Shown: positions 29,337 through 40,207 of the stretch, one piece after another | Position numbering within the stretch: position 1 is the first letter of the stretch | Layout of the letters: every line of letters starts with the position of its first letter | Translations under genes and position numbers: made by a program | The notes under the pieces: generated by a model | Seen by the model: the letters and a program-made list of their open reading frames with translations, nothing else | The model's database searches: none | What the model was told of the DNA's origin: nothing | Assembly: GCA_030522375.1 (NCBI GenBank) | Contig: CP130488.1 | Span: 1,253,005 to 1,317,004 of the forward strand | Length of the DNA stretch: 64,000 bases | DNA from: Methanosuratincola petrocarbonis | GTDB taxonomy: Archaea; Thermoproteota; Methanomethylicia; Methanomethylicales; Methanomethylicaceae | Direction: 5' to 3'

Positions 29337-29472
29337 AACAATTGACCTTAGCCCGGGAACAATTTAAACCCTATGGTGTTGGATCCAGATCAAGCCCCGC
29401 GGAGAGCCAGGGTATCAAGGAAAGGGTTAATATCGAAGCGGCTAAAGATTTCAGGTATCTGGGGTAGACGGC

Positions 29473-32400
29473 ATGTCGCGCATAGGCAAGATGCCAAAGG
29501 ACTACAAGTCAAAGGCGGTGGAGGAAGGGGTTTTCGCGTACTGGCAGGGCAGGGGGATCGAGGAGAAGGTGAGGGAGGCGGGCCAAGGGAAGTTTTACTT
29601 CTTGGACGGCCCACCGTATGTTACGAACCCGATACATGTCGGGACGGCATGGAACAAGATACTCAAGGACGCATACATCAGATTCTACAGGATGAAAGGC
29701 TTCAGGGTGAGGGACCAGCCCGGTTTTGACATGCACGGTCTACCCATAGAAGTGATGGTTGAGAAGAAGATCGGCATAAAGAGCAAGAAAGAGATAGAGA
29801 CGATGGGGATAGAGAACTTCATAAAGGCATGCAAGTCGTTTGCCCTCGAGAACCTCCAGATCGCGACCAGGCAGTTCAAGAACCTCGGGGTCTGGATGGA
29901 CTGGGACGCCCCCTACAGAACCCTCGACGATCACTACATCGAATCGGTCTGGGCGATGCTCAAGAGGGCAGACGAGAGGAAACTTCTCGGGAAGGGCAAG
30001 AAGGTCGTCCACTGGTGCCCGAGGTGCGAGACAGTACTTGCAGGATACGAGGCCACGGATGAGTACCGGGAGCTTGAAGAGGAGTCCATCTATGTCAAGT
30101 TCAAGGTCGAGGGGAAGGACAACGAGTACATACTGATCTGGACCACGACGCCGTGGACGCTGCCGGCGAACGCCGCCGTGATGGTACACCCCGATTTCAT
30201 GTATGTGCGCGCAAGGTCCGGAGGGGAGACATACATTCTTGCGGAGGCCAGGCTAGACCACGTGTTCTCTGACACGGGGAGGACATACGAGGTCGTAGAA
30301 AGGTTCCCAGGCTCGTACCTGAGGGGGCTCAGATACAGGGCACCCCTACTAGAAGAGGTGCCTGAGCAGTCAAAGCTGAGCCCTGCGCACTTCGTTGTGC
30401 TCAGCGACCAGTTCGTCACGCTGGAGGAAGGCACTGGCTGTGTCCACACCGCGCCGGGTCATGGGGAGGAGGACCACACTGTCGGAGAGGAATACGGGCT
30501 GCCGGACTTCTGCCCTGTGGACGAGCGCGGGCTCTTCACGGAAGATGCCGGGAAGTACGCCGGAAAGAACGTCAGGGAGACCAACAGCGAGATAATCGAG
30601 GATCTCAAGTCGAAGGGCCTGCTATTCAAGACGGAGAAGACGAAGCACAGCTACCCTCACTGCTGGAGGTGCAAGACCCCCCTGATCCTCAGGACTGCCT
30701 CGCAGTGGTTCATCAGAGTCACAGACCTCAAGGAGCGCCTACTCGAAGAGAACGAGAAGGTCGAGTGGATACCGGACTGGGCAGGAAAGGCAAGGTTCGG
30801 CAACTGGATAAAGAACGCGAAGGACTGGGTGATATCAAGGCAGAGGTACTGGGGCATACCGCTCCCGATCTGGGTCTGCAACTCCTGCGGCAAGCACCGC
30901 GTCATCGGTTCAATAGACGAGCTCAGGGAGAACGCCCCGGGATCCGGCGAAATTGAGCCCCACCGCCCGTGGGTGGACAGGATAAAGCTAAGGTGCGAAT
31001 GCGGCGGGGAGATGCAAAGGGTACCGGATGTCGCGGACGTCTGGATGGATTCCGGATCTGCCTCGTTTGCATGCCTAGGCTACCCGAAGAGCCGAGAGAG
31101 CTTTGAGAAGTGGTGGCCCGCGGACCTGATCCTAGAGGGTCAGGACCAGACGAGAGGCTGGTTCTACACGCTCATGGTCTGCAGCGTCGTGCTCTTCAAC
31201 GAAGCGCCGTACAAGAGGGTCCTAATGCACGGATTCACGACAGCCCAGGACGGCCGGGCGATGCACAAGTCCCTCGGAAACGTCGTCTTCCCCGAGGAAG
31301 TAATAGAGAAGTTCGGAAGGGACACGCTCAGATGGTACGAGCTAGGGTGCACTACATGGGAGGATCTCAAGTTTACTTGGAAGTCGATAGAGGAGACCGC
31401 ACGATTCCTCAACATCCTCTGGAGCACGTATTACTTCGCCAGCCTTTACATGAACCTTGACAATTTTGACCCCGGAAAGCATACGATCGGCGGCGTGGAG
31501 AAGCACCTGAGGCTGGAGGACAGGTGGATAATCTCAAAGCTCGAGGGTCTGATCAATCGGGTAACCGAGGCGATGGCGGGGTGCAGGGTCTTCGATGCGG
31601 TGAGGGATCTCGAGGAGTTCATGAGAGACGACGTCAGCAGATGGTACATTAAACTGGTCAGGAGGAGGACTTGGACGGAGGAGGAGGATCCGGACAAGAT
31701 AGCCGCATACGCCACCCTCAGCCATGTCCTCCTGAATTACCTGAAACTGACCGCGCCGATAGTCCCCTTCATGTCGGAGGAGATCTACAGGAATGTCTTC
31801 GCTGGGCTCGAGGGGATGCCGGAGAGCGTCCATATGCTCAAGTGGCCCACCCCGTCCGAGGAGAGGATGGACCGCAAGCTGGAGGAGGAGATGAAGGTGG
31901 TCAAGGAGGTAATAGAGGCTTCATTCAGCGCAAGGCAGGCAGCCAGGATAAAGACGAGGATGCCCCTCCTCAGGATGAAGGTCGTGACTGGGAGCGGATC
32001 TGTGAAGGCAGCGGTCGAGAGGATGAGGGGGGTCATCGAGGACCAGGCGAACGTGAAGGAAGTGGAAGTGATAACCCCCGAGGAGGGGTGGAGGATGAAG
32101 GATGTGATCCTGATCCCCAACAGGTCGATCCTCGGCCCGGTCTTCAGGGAGAAGAGCGGGTTGGTTGCGCATGCAATCACCACCCTCAACGGGAAGGAGG
32201 CTTTGGAGGCATTCGAGAGGGGTGAGACCGTCTGGGTGGAGGTTGAGGGCCTGGGGAGGGTAGAGGTAAGGAAGGACTATGTGAACGTCCAAGAGAAACT
32301 ACCAGAAAACTACAGGAGCGAGAAGTGCAGGCACGGGGAGATCTTCATCGATACCACAAGGAGCGATGAGCTGCTTGCCGAGGGGCTCGCCAGGGATGTT

Positions 32401-32640
32401 GTGAGAAGGATCCAGGAGATGAGAAAGCGCGCCGATCTAAACGTGGAAGACCACATCAGAGCGTTTGTGGCGGTGCCGTCAGAGGATGTGAGAAGGGCGC
32501 TCGAGAGCAGGGCCGCGGAGATTGCTGGGGAGGTCAGAGCAAAGGAGCTCAGGATATCGCTGCAGGAACCGGATTTTGGCGCCCCCGAGGCATGGGAGAT
32601 CGATGGGGAGAAGTACATCATAAGTATTGAGAAGGTCTAG
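29473..32640 (+). CDS. ileS: Isoleucine--tRNA ligase
   Basis: DGPPY..HVGTA, GTGCVHTAPGHG, ISRQRYWG, AMHKSLGN. Confidence 0.97.
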   Translation: MSRIGKMPKDYKSKAVEEGVFAYWQGRGIEEKVREAGQGKFYFLDGPPYVTNPIHVGTAWNKILKDAYIRFYRMKGFRVRDQPGFDMHGLPIEVMVEKKIGIKSKKEIETMGIENFIKACKSFALENLQIATRQFKNLGVWMDWDAPYRTLDDHYIESVWAMLKRADERKLLGKGKKVVHWCPRCETVLAGYEATDEYRELEEESIYVKFKVEGKDNEYILIWTTTPWTLPANAAVMVHPDFMYVRARSGGETYILAEARLDHVFSDTGRTYEVVERFPGSYLRGLRYRAPLLEEVPEQSKLSPAHFVVLSDQFVTLEEGTGCVHTAPGHGEEDHTVGEEYGLPDFCPVDERGLFTEDAGKYAGKNVRETNSEIIEDLKSKGLLFKTEKTKHSYPHCWRCKTPLILRTASQWFIRVTDLKERLLEENEKVEWIPDWAGKARFGNWIKNAKDWVISRQRYWGIPLPIWVCNSCGKHRVIGSIDELRENAPGSGEIEPHRPWVDRIKLRCECGGEMQRVPDVADVWMDSGSASFACLGYPKSRESFEKWWPADLILEGQDQTRGWFYTLMVCSVVLFNEAPYKRVLMHGFTTAQDGRAMHKSLGNVVFPEEVIEKFGRDTLRWYELGCTTWEDLKFTWKSIEETARFLNILWSTYYFASLYMNLDNFDPGKHTIGGVEKHLRLEDRWIISKLEGLINRVTEAMAGCRVFDAVRDLEEFMRDDVSRWYIKLVRRRTWTEEEDPDKIAAYATLSHVLLNYLKLTAPIVPFMSEEIYRNVFAGLEGMPESVHMLKWPTPSEERMDRKLEEEMKVVKEVIEASFSARQAARIKTRMPLLRMKVVTGSGSVKAAVERMRGVIEDQANVKEVEVITPEEGWRMKDVILIPNRSILGPVFREKSGLVAHAITTLNGKEALEAFERGETVWVEVEGLGRVEVRKDYVNVQEKLPENYRSEKCRHGEIFIDTTRSDELLAEGLARDVVRRIQEMRKRADLNVEDHIRAFVAVPSEDVRRALESRAAEIAGEVRAKELRISLQEPDFGAPEAWEIDGEKYIISIEKV

Positions 32641-32679
32641 ACGCTGAGCGAGCCCCGTACGGTCATAGGGGGCAAACAC

Positions 32680-33807
32680 ATGGTGCCTGGGATCAGGAGG
32701 GCGGGGCTAATCGTCAACCCCGTGGCAGGGATGGGGGGAGCTGTCGGGCTGAAGGGTACGGACGGCATGGTCGAGAAGGCCATCCAGCTCGGCGCCGCCC
32801 AAGTGTCAATCGGCAGGGCAGCGAGGTTCCTGGAGAAATTGAAGCCATTGGGAGGGGCGATTGATTTCTTGACGTGTCCTGGCGAGATGGGGGAGGATGC
32901 GTTCAGGAGGGCAGACCTACCATTCCGGATGGTGCAGGGAATGGAGAGGAAGCAAAGGACGACGAACGAAGACACCAAGCTGGCAGCTGCCAAGATTCTC
33001 GAGGACGGGGTCGAGGTGATCGCATTCTGCGGCGGGGACGGGACGGCAAGGGATATATTCGACACAGTGGGGGGCGAGGTCCCGGTCATAGGAATCCCTG
33101 CTGGAGTCAAGATGCACAGCGGGGTCTTCGCTGTGAGTCCCGAGGCCGCCGCCTGGATCCTCGTAAGGTTCCTTTGGGGGGAGCTCCCTCTGAAGGAGGC
33201 TGAGGTCGCAGACGTGGACGAGGAAGCTTTCAGGCAGGGGAGAGTCTCATCAAGGATATACGGGTATATGAGCGTCCCCTATGACCCAGAGAGGGTGCAG
33301 GGCATGAAGGTTTCATCACAGTCCAGAGACGATGTAAGCGAAAACGCCAGGGCGATAGCCGAGTGGATAGTCCAGAGCATGGAGGGGGGCGTGGTTTATG
33401 TGCTCGGCCCAGGCAGCACCGTCAAGAAGATAAACCAAGTCCTCGGCATAGAGGGGTCTCAGCTCGGCGTCGACATCATAAGGGACAAGGGACTATTGGC
33501 AGCAGATGCTTCGGAGGAGATCGTCTTCAGGAATGTCAGAGATGGAAAGGCAAGGATCATCGTTTCCCCAATAGGGAACCAAGGGTTCATCTTTGGAAGG
33601 GGGAACCAGCAGATAAGCCCGAGGGTGATCAGGGCAGTCGGGAAGGAGAACGTGATCGTGATAGCCACAAGGGAGAAGCTGAGGTGGACTAGATTCCTGA
33701 GGGTCGATACAGGGGATCCCGAGCTCGACGCGCTCTTATCGGGGCCTATGAGAGTGGTTGCAGATTACAACTTCACCAGGATGATGATTGTCAAAGGGAC
33801 GGAGTGA
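32680..33807 (+). CDS. ATP-NAD kinase-family (AcoX-like) protein
   Basis: VNPVAGMGGAVGLKGTDG, GGDGTARD, GVKMHSGVF, GRGNQQIS. Confidence 0.88.
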   Translation: MVPGIRRAGLIVNPVAGMGGAVGLKGTDGMVEKAIQLGAAQVSIGRAARFLEKLKPLGGAIDFLTCPGEMGEDAFRRADLPFRMVQGMERKQRTTNEDTKLAAAKILEDGVEVIAFCGGDGTARDIFDTVGGEVPVIGIPAGVKMHSGVFAVSPEAAAWILVRFLWGELPLKEAEVADVDEEAFRQGRVSSRIYGYMSVPYDPERVQGMKVSSQSRDDVSENARAIAEWIVQSMEGGVVYVLGPGSTVKKINQVLGIEGSQLGVDIIRDKGLLAADASEEIVFRNVRDGKARIIVSPIGNQGFIFGRGNQQISPRVIRAVGKENVIVIATREKLRWTRFLRVDTGDPELDALLSGPMRVVADYNFTRMMIVKGTE

Positions 33808-33830
33808 GACCCTGAGCTGGGCAAAAAAGC

Positions 33831-34238
33831 TCAGAGCTGCTTCCTCACCAAATCGGAGTACTCCTCAGCCGCGAGAAGTCCCTCAGTCCCGCCTGTGACC
33901 TGCAATTTGACCAGCCAGCCGCTCCCATAAGGATCTTTGTTGACAAGCTCGGGCTTGCTTTCGAGCTCGGAGTTGACCTCGACCACAATGCCGTCCACCG
34001 GAGAGTAGACTTCTGCGACTGCCTTGATCGACTCGAGTGTGCAGAGGGCCAGACCCCGCTTGACCGCCTGACCGACCTTTGGAAGATCCGCATACACGAC
34101 ATCGTGGAGGCTCCTCTGAGCGAAGTCGGAGATCCCTACTTTTGAAGGCGTGGTAGAGAGGTCGATCCATTCGTGTGTTTTTGCATATTTCAGATCCTTC
34201 TTCACCAAATTCCCGGCAACATCAATGAAATCTGACAT
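33831..34238 (-). CDS. gcvH: Glycine cleavage H (lipoyl-carrier) protein
   Basis: THEW, GISDFAQ, ESIKAVAEVYSP, VNKDPYGSGW. Confidence 0.95.
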   Translation of the reverse strand: MSDFIDVAGNLVKKDLKYAKTHEWIDLSTTPSKVGISDFAQRSLHDVVYADLPKVGQAVKRGLALCTLESIKAVAEVYSPVDGIVVEVNSELESKPELVNKDPYGSGWLVKLQVTGGTEGLLAAEEYSDLVRKQL

Positions 34239-34287
34239 TACGACACCTTCTATCCGATTTCTGCTACTTGCTATTTTTATTTATGGC

Positions 34288-34320
34288 TGACATAATCCAC
34301 CTCTGAAGGGTGCGGGCTTT
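34288..34320 (-). mobile_element. IS200/IS605-type right-end hairpin remnant (copy B)
   Basis: Minus strand AAAGCCCGCACCCTTCAGAGGTGGATTATGTCA; 22/23-nt core identical to copy C. Confidence 0.65.
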
Positions 34321-34376
34321 GCGTTTTGTTGGTAAAAAATCCCTGATATGGCACCACAGCAAAGCCCCGCTCTGAT

Positions 34377-34583
34377 TCAGACGTTCCTCTGGAATAGTTT
34401 TAGAAGACCTCGCCTGTTTTCGTCCGAAATGGAGATCTTCAAACTGTTCGAGTCGAAGCTCAATGGTGTTGAGCACTTCGGGCACCGCCCGTTGTGCTTC
34501 TCGAGTATCTCTTTCGGGGAGACAAGTTCGGGATCTTCGTAGAGGACTGCTTTACATTGATGACACAAGACTCTTATTGGCAA
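34377..34583 (-). CDS. Small Zn-ribbon hypothetical protein
   Basis: CHQC...CPKC. Confidence 0.75.
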   Translation of the reverse strand: MPIRVLCHQCKAVLYEDPELVSPKEILEKHNGRCPKCSTPLSFDSNSLKISISDENRRGLLKLFQRNV

Positions 34584-35175
34584 TCAGATCACCCAAGTCA
34601 CCATTCTCGAGGACCCTCTCAATACGAATCAGACCCTTTCTTGCCATGGATTCGGCCCATATCTCTGCTGCGAACATCAAATACTTCTCGGATACTTTTA
34701 AACCATTCCCCCCCTCTATGTCCTGGGATGCAGTGAGGATCCCCTCTATGTACGCAGAGGACTGCACAGGGTCGTTCAGAAAGCAGAGGACGCTCCTTTT
34801 AGACACCAGGATCGCCCACGATCGCTCAATGTCAAAGGCAATCACCATGCCCCCTTTCCAAGCCCCGACGAGAAACAAAACAAGCCCAAAAAATATTCCA
34901 TAGTCGGAGTAAGGGGAGGTGTTGGTCGAGAAGAAGATCCGGTCAACCGAGTATACCGCAGCGGAGATGCCTATGAGTACAGTACCCATGACGCCTGCAA
35001 GTGTCCGCCTCATTTTCGGGTCGGTCCAGACGCGGTCAACGAAAGCCGAGTTATAGAAAAGCGAAAGCGAAAGGAGGAGGAACCTGGACTTGATCGAGGC
35101 GATGGGCATACCACATTTAATAAAGTCCTGAAAAGTATTAAGTTTTGGGTCGGGTCGGGCGGTGTGGCTCATCAC
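34552..35175 (-). CDS. Hypothetical membrane protein (true start probably downstream of 35175)
   Basis: Two hydrophobic segments followed by a soluble region; divergent from topA. Confidence 0.6.
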   Translation of the reverse strand: MMSHTARPDPKLNTFQDFIKCGMPIASIKSRFLLLSLSLFYNSAFVDRVWTDPKMRRTLAGVMGTVLIGISAAVYSVDRIFFSTNTSPYSDYGIFFGLVLFLVGAWKGGMVIAFDIERSWAILVSKRSVLCFLNDPVQSSAYIEGILTASQDIEGGNGLKVSEKYLMFAAEIWAESMARKGLIRIERVLENGDLGDLIANKSLVSSM

Positions 35176-37218
35176 CTACTCGTATGCGAGAAGCCGAGCG
35201 CTGCTAGGAAGATAGCGTATGCGCTAGGCGGAAGGGGCGTAGGCAGGATCGGGAGGGGCGTACCATTCTACCGGTTCCAGAAGGGCGCCGACATTATCAC
35301 AGTGGTATCCGCTCTAGGGCACCTCTATAGCCCAGTTCAGCAAGGCAAGGGCTGGAGCTTTCCCGTCTTCAACCTTGTCTGGAAGCCCGCCGCCGGAGGG
35401 CGAGCGAAGCGATTCCTAGAGGAGATAGCAAGGCTAGCGAAGGAGGCGGACTCGTTCATTAGTGCCTGCGATTACGACACCGAGGGAAGCCTGATAGCTT
35501 TCATGATACTTAGGAATGCGTGTGGCGGGGCAGATGCCAATGCAAGGCGGATGAAGTTCTCATCCCTCACGAGGGACGAGCTCTTGAGGGCATATGAGAA
35601 CGCCTCTGAGCTCGACATGCCGGTCATAAATGCAGGGAAGGCCAGGCATGAGATCGACTGGATCTTTGGTGTGAACGTCTCGAGGGCCATTATGGACGCC
35701 TACAGCTGCAACACAGGAAGTTTCGAGGTGCTCAGCGCAGGCAGGGTCCAGAGCCCTACGTTGGACGCGCTGTGTAGGAGGGAGGACGAGATAGATCTCC
35801 ACGTCCCAGACCCCTACTGGGCTGCCGGGGCGGAGATCAGGTTTCTATCCAGCGGAGAGGCAGCAGAGGCGGAGTACTCCAAGAACCCGATATTGAGGAA
35901 AGGGGAGGGGGAAGCTCTGAGGCTCAGGTGCGATGGGTCTCCGGGAACCGTGCGACATGTCGAGGAGGGCGAATTGACCATCCCTGCACCGCACCCGTTC
36001 GATCTCGGGGAACTCCAGAGCGAGGCATACAGGGTCTTTGGGCTCCAGCCCTGGAGAACCCAGAAGGTGGCAGAGGGGCTGTACCTGGAGGGGCTGATAT
36101 CCTACCCAAGGACGTCAAGCCAGCAGCTGCCCCCCTCGATAGGGTTCAGGGGTATCCTCACGAAGCTAGGAACGAATGAGGCATACAAGGAGAGCGTAAG
36201 CGGCATACTCAATTATGCAGATTCCGGGAGGGGGCTTTGGCCTAGGCAGGGCAAGAAGTCCGATCCCGCCCATCCGGCTATTCACCCTACAGGCATCAAG
36301 CCGAATAGGCTTGGTGCAGATGCCAGAAAAGTCTATGACCTGATAGTAAAACGGTTTATCTCAACATTCGGACCGCCTGCCCGGAAATCATTGAGGTCCA
36401 TAGAGGTCGAGCTGGAACAAGGCGATGTCTTCACGATCGAGGCAGAAGCAGTCTCTGATCCCGGATGGATGAAGCACTACGCGCCCTATGTGAAGATCAG
36501 CAGTTCTAGGCTGCCGGAGGCGAAGGAGGGGGAGGCGGCGAGGGCGGAGAATGTGTGGGTCGAAGAGAGGTTCACCGATCCTCCCCCCAGGTTCAATCAG
36601 AGCAGCCTGATCAAATTCATGGAAAGGAACGGGTTGGGGACCAAGTCGACTCGCGCTGAGATAATAGGCACACTCTACAGGCGGGGGTATATCTCGGGAA
36701 GCAACATCCACGTGACGGAACTAGGTCGCGGGGTAATTGAGATGCTGAGGAAGCGCTTCCCCGATCTGGTGTCGATAGGACTGACAAGGGATCTCGAGGA
36801 GAGGATGGCGGGGATAGAGGAAGGCAGAGAGGAATACTCAGCCGTACTCATAAGAGGGGCAGAGGCAATCAAGGGAGCTTTCGAATGCATGATCTCCGAG
36901 TTTGAGGCTGCAGGTGCAGAGGTCACCAGCCTCGTGGACGGACTAAGGGATCAGGGGAAAATCGGCGCCTGCCCCTCCTGCAAAAATGGGGAGCTCAGGG
37001 TTATCCGTTCAAGGAAGACCGGCAAGAGGTTCGTGGGCTGTTCGAACTACGGCGCAGGTTGCAGCTTCTCGGCACCCCTGCCCCAGAGGGGGACCATAAA
37101 GCCCTCAGGGGAAACGTGCAGGGCGTGCGGCTATCCCACCATGTTAGTAATTGGGGGCTGGACCAAGCCCTGGAGAGTGTGCCTGAACCCGGAGTGCCCA
37201 GCGAGGGTGAGAAGATGA
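35164..37218 (+). CDS. topA: DNA topoisomerase I (type IA)
   Basis: CEKPSAA, ACDYDTEG, SAGRVQSP, LISYPRT (catalytic Tyr), C-terminal Zn ribbons. Confidence 0.96.
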   Translation: MAHHLLVCEKPSAARKIAYALGGRGVGRIGRGVPFYRFQKGADIITVVSALGHLYSPVQQGKGWSFPVFNLVWKPAAGGRAKRFLEEIARLAKEADSFISACDYDTEGSLIAFMILRNACGGADANARRMKFSSLTRDELLRAYENASELDMPVINAGKARHEIDWIFGVNVSRAIMDAYSCNTGSFEVLSAGRVQSPTLDALCRREDEIDLHVPDPYWAAGAEIRFLSSGEAAEAEYSKNPILRKGEGEALRLRCDGSPGTVRHVEEGELTIPAPHPFDLGELQSEAYRVFGLQPWRTQKVAEGLYLEGLISYPRTSSQQLPPSIGFRGILTKLGTNEAYKESVSGILNYADSGRGLWPRQGKKSDPAHPAIHPTGIKPNRLGADARKVYDLIVKRFISTFGPPARKSLRSIEVELEQGDVFTIEAEAVSDPGWMKHYAPYVKISSSRLPEAKEGEAARAENVWVEERFTDPPPRFNQSSLIKFMERNGLGTKSTRAEIIGTLYRRGYISGSNIHVTELGRGVIEMLRKRFPDLVSIGLTRDLEERMAGIEEGREEYSAVLIRGAEAIKGAFECMISEFEAAGAEVTSLVDGLRDQGKIGACPSCKNGELRVIRSRKTGKRFVGCSNYGAGCSFSAPLPQRGTIKPSGETCRACGYPTMLVIGGWTKPWRVCLNPECPARVRR

Positions 37219-37442
37219 AGTGTAAGATTTGCGGAGGAGAATGGAGAAGCGATGGGGAATTGATGGAAGGGATATGCAACAGGCACGCCGAGGCGGAGAG
37301 GAGGCTGAAGGAACACTTCAAAGTCTGGGCTGAGCGGACAGGGATCGAATGGTACGAGTATCTCGAGGCGATTGTTAAGAACGAAAGGACAGGAAAGCTG
37401 GTGAAGGAGGCAGCTATTTACTTGCTCCGGAATGAACTATAG
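37215..37442 (+). CDS. Small hypothetical protein downstream of topA
   Basis: ATG 37215 overlaps the topA stop; MKCKIC...CNRH...W..Y...I..N..TG. Confidence 0.65.
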   Translation: MKCKICGGEWRSDGELMEGICNRHAEAERRLKEHFKVWAERTGIEWYEYLEAIVKNERTGKLVKEAAIYLLRNEL

Positions 37443-38904
37443 CCGCAATCTCCCTCATCATCTCGTGCCTGGCCTTGTCTATCTTTTGGCGGATCGACGC
37501 TACAGCTTTTACCTCCTCTTCCAGGGATCGCACCCTTTCACCTATCATCCTTTGTGCTTCGGCGTAAGAAGGACCGCCGCGCACATTCCTCACATTGACA
37601 TTCATCACCGGCGAGACCGCGCGCTCGATGGATTCCTTAGGCAGTTCGATGCCAGACTCTGCGGATATTGTTGCCCGCAGGCGCTCTGGATCGACCTCAG
37701 AAAGGGAAAGGCCCTCTGAAGAGAGTGCCTTGACAAGGGATCCTACAACATGGTGAGCCTTACGGAACGGCAGTCCGCCTTCCCTGACAAGCACGTCTGC
37801 AAGCTCGGTGGCCACCGACGAACCCTTATGCAGCGAAGCATTGATCCGGGTCTCGTTGAACCTCACTTTGCTCACAAAGTCCGCAAGGACCTTCAGGGAG
37901 AGGGCTGTCGACTCGCAGGCATCCCAGAGGTGCGGGGTAAGCTCCTGCATGTCCAAGTTGTATGTCAGGGGCAGAGCCTTCATTATGGATACGAGAGAGA
38001 CCAAATCCCCCAAGACCGCGCCACTTTTAGCCCGGACAATTTCTAGGGTGACGGGGTTCTTCTTCTGGGGCATGATGCTGCTCGTGGATGCGTGATCGTC
38101 TGGGATCTCGATGTAGCCGAATTCCGACGAGGACCAAACAATCATCTCCTCTGCAAATCTGCTTAAGTCTACCATCAGGATCGCAAGTGACGACACGACC
38201 TCGATGGCGAAATCCCTGGAGGCCACGGCATCCATAGTGTTCTCCAGCAACCCCTCGAACCCAAGATATCCTGCCACCTTAGACCTGTCAATGTTGAACC
38301 CAGTACCTGCTAGGGCAGCGGCGCCCATGGGGCAGAGGTTGACCCTGGGGTATGAGCCGATCAGCCTGTCGAAGCTCCTCCTGATCGAGTCGTGGTGGGC
38401 AAGGAGCCAGTGTGCGATCGTAACCGGCTGGGCATGCTGGAGGTGCGTGTACCCAGGCACGACAGTTCTGCCTTCGGGCGACGCGGCCCTTTGGAGCAGC
38501 GACTGCTGGAGCGAGATGAGCCCGTCGCAGATCTCAATGATGAAAGCCCTCAGGCGCATCCTTATTGCTGTCGCCACCTGATCGTTTCGGCTCTTGCCTG
38601 TGTGCATCTTCCCGCCCGTCTCCTGCCCGACAAGGCGCGTCACTTCCTCCTCAACGACCATGTGGATGTCCTCCATTTCGGGGGGGACGTGCTTCACCTT
38701 GCCTAAGAGGCTCTCGAGGGCTGAGAGGAGGGCGGCGGCTTCCCCCTTCCCAATGCATTTGGAGCTTGCCAGCGCTAGGATATGCGCCATGTTTATCTCG
38801 ATCACGGCATCTGCTATGTAGTGGTCGTGCTCGGCAGAGGAGGTAAACCTCGCAACATCTCCGGTGAGATCCCCAGCAAGGCGCCCGCCACGGGTGATCT
38901 TCAA
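37414..38904 (-). CDS. argH: Argininosuccinate lyase
   Basis: HTGKSRNDQ, PGYTHLQHAQP, STSSIMPQKKNP. Confidence 0.97.
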   Translation of the reverse strand: MKITRGGRLAGDLTGDVARFTSSAEHDHYIADAVIEINMAHILALASSKCIGKGEAAALLSALESLLGKVKHVPPEMEDIHMVVEEEVTRLVGQETGGKMHTGKSRNDQVATAIRMRLRAFIIEICDGLISLQQSLLQRAASPEGRTVVPGYTHLQHAQPVTIAHWLLAHHDSIRRSFDRLIGSYPRVNLCPMGAAALAGTGFNIDRSKVAGYLGFEGLLENTMDAVASRDFAIEVVSSLAILMVDLSRFAEEMIVWSSSEFGYIEIPDDHASTSSIMPQKKNPVTLEIVRAKSGAVLGDLVSLVSIMKALPLTYNLDMQELTPHLWDACESTALSLKVLADFVSKVRFNETRINASLHKGSSVATELADVLVREGGLPFRKAHHVVGSLVKALSSEGLSLSEVDPERLRATISAESGIELPKESIERAVSPVMNVNVRNVRGGPSYAEAQRMIGERVRSLEEEVKAVASIRQKIDKARHEMMREIAAIVHSGASK

Positions 38905-38923
38905 GGCAGGTTCCTCCAGGATC

Positions 38924-40120
38924 TCAGCGCCCAGACATGATCTTCTTTGCTACCACCGTGGGCAGACCCCAGAGCTCGACGAAGCCCTTCGAGAGGGACT
39001 GGTCGAAGGTGGACGAGGAGTCGTAGGTGGCTGTCTTGAAGTCGTAGACCGAGTTGGGGGATTCCCTACCCGTAACGATCATTGAGCCCTTGTAGAGCCT
39101 GATCTTGACCTTCCCGTCAAGGCGCTCGTTTGCCTTGTTGACGAAGGCATCGAGCTCCTCCCTCAGGGGGTCGTCCCAGAAGCCCGCATAGACCATGAAA
39201 GTCCACTGCTCGTCGACCAACCTCTTGAAGCTGAGCTCGTGCCTGTTAAGCACCAGCTTCTCGAGGTCTTTGTGCGCCTCCAGTATCGTGAGGGCAGCAG
39301 GGCACTCATAGGTCTCGCGTGACTTTATGCCCACAATCCTGTCCTCCATATGGTCGATCCTGCCCACTCCATTCTCGCCGGCAACCTTGTTCAGCCTCCT
39401 CACCAACTCGACGGGCGGGTACTCCTTCCCATCGATCTGGACTGGGACGCCGTTCCTGAACCCCAGCTCGATGACAGTCGGCTGGTCGGGGGCGCGCTCC
39501 GGCTGGGTCGTCCACTCCCAACCGTCCTCCTCTGGGCTGTTCCAAGGATTCTCGAGTGGGCCGCTCTCGATTGATCTCCCCCAGAGGTTCTGGTCAATGC
39601 TGTATTTCTTAGCTGCTCTTGAAACGGGGATGCCGTGCTTCATAGCGTACTCCACCTCCTGATCCCGGCTCATCCCCCACTCCCTGGTCGGGGCGAGTAT
39701 CTTGAGGGTCGGGTCGAGCGCCCTGCACGAGATCTCAATCCTTAGCTGGTCGTTGCCCTTGCCTGTGCAGCCGTGGGCCACCGCGTCGCAGCCCTCCCTG
39801 TGTGCAATCTCTATCAGCTTCCTGGCTATCAGCGGCCTGCTGAGCGCCGTGGAGACCGGGTACTTCCCCTGGTACAGCCCGTTTGCCTTGACCGAAGGGA
39901 AGACGTATTCCCTTATGAACTCCTCCTTCGCGTCGACCGTGTAGTGGTTCTCTGCCCCCACCTTGAGTGCCTTCTCGCCAATCGCCCTGAAGTCTTCCTC
40001 CTGACCCACATCGACCGTTACCGTGACGATCTTGGACCCGTACTTCTCAGAAAGCCACTTGATCGCCACAGAAGTGTCAAGGCCGCCCGAATAAGCCAAC
40101 GCTATCTTCTTTATTTCCAT
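38924..40120 (-). CDS. argG: Argininosuccinate synthase
   Basis: LAYSGGLDTS, HGCTGKGNDQ, SIDQNLWG, KSRETYE. Confidence 0.97.
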   Translation of the reverse strand: MEIKKIALAYSGGLDTSVAIKWLSEKYGSKIVTVTVDVGQEEDFRAIGEKALKVGAENHYTVDAKEEFIREYVFPSVKANGLYQGKYPVSTALSRPLIARKLIEIAHREGCDAVAHGCTGKGNDQLRIEISCRALDPTLKILAPTREWGMSRDQEVEYAMKHGIPVSRAAKKYSIDQNLWGRSIESGPLENPWNSPEEDGWEWTTQPERAPDQPTVIELGFRNGVPVQIDGKEYPPVELVRRLNKVAGENGVGRIDHMEDRIVGIKSRETYECPAALTILEAHKDLEKLVLNRHELSFKRLVDEQWTFMVYAGFWDDPLREELDAFVNKANERLDGKVKIRLYKGSMIVTGRESPNSVYDFKTATYDSSSTFDQSLSKGFVELWGLPTVVAKKIMSGR

Positions 40121-40207
40121 CCCAAAAACCTTCCAACCAATTAATTATGAACAAGCAGAAAGAAATTTCCTGAGTTTAAAAGCTTTTTCTATTCTCCTTC
40201 AGCACTT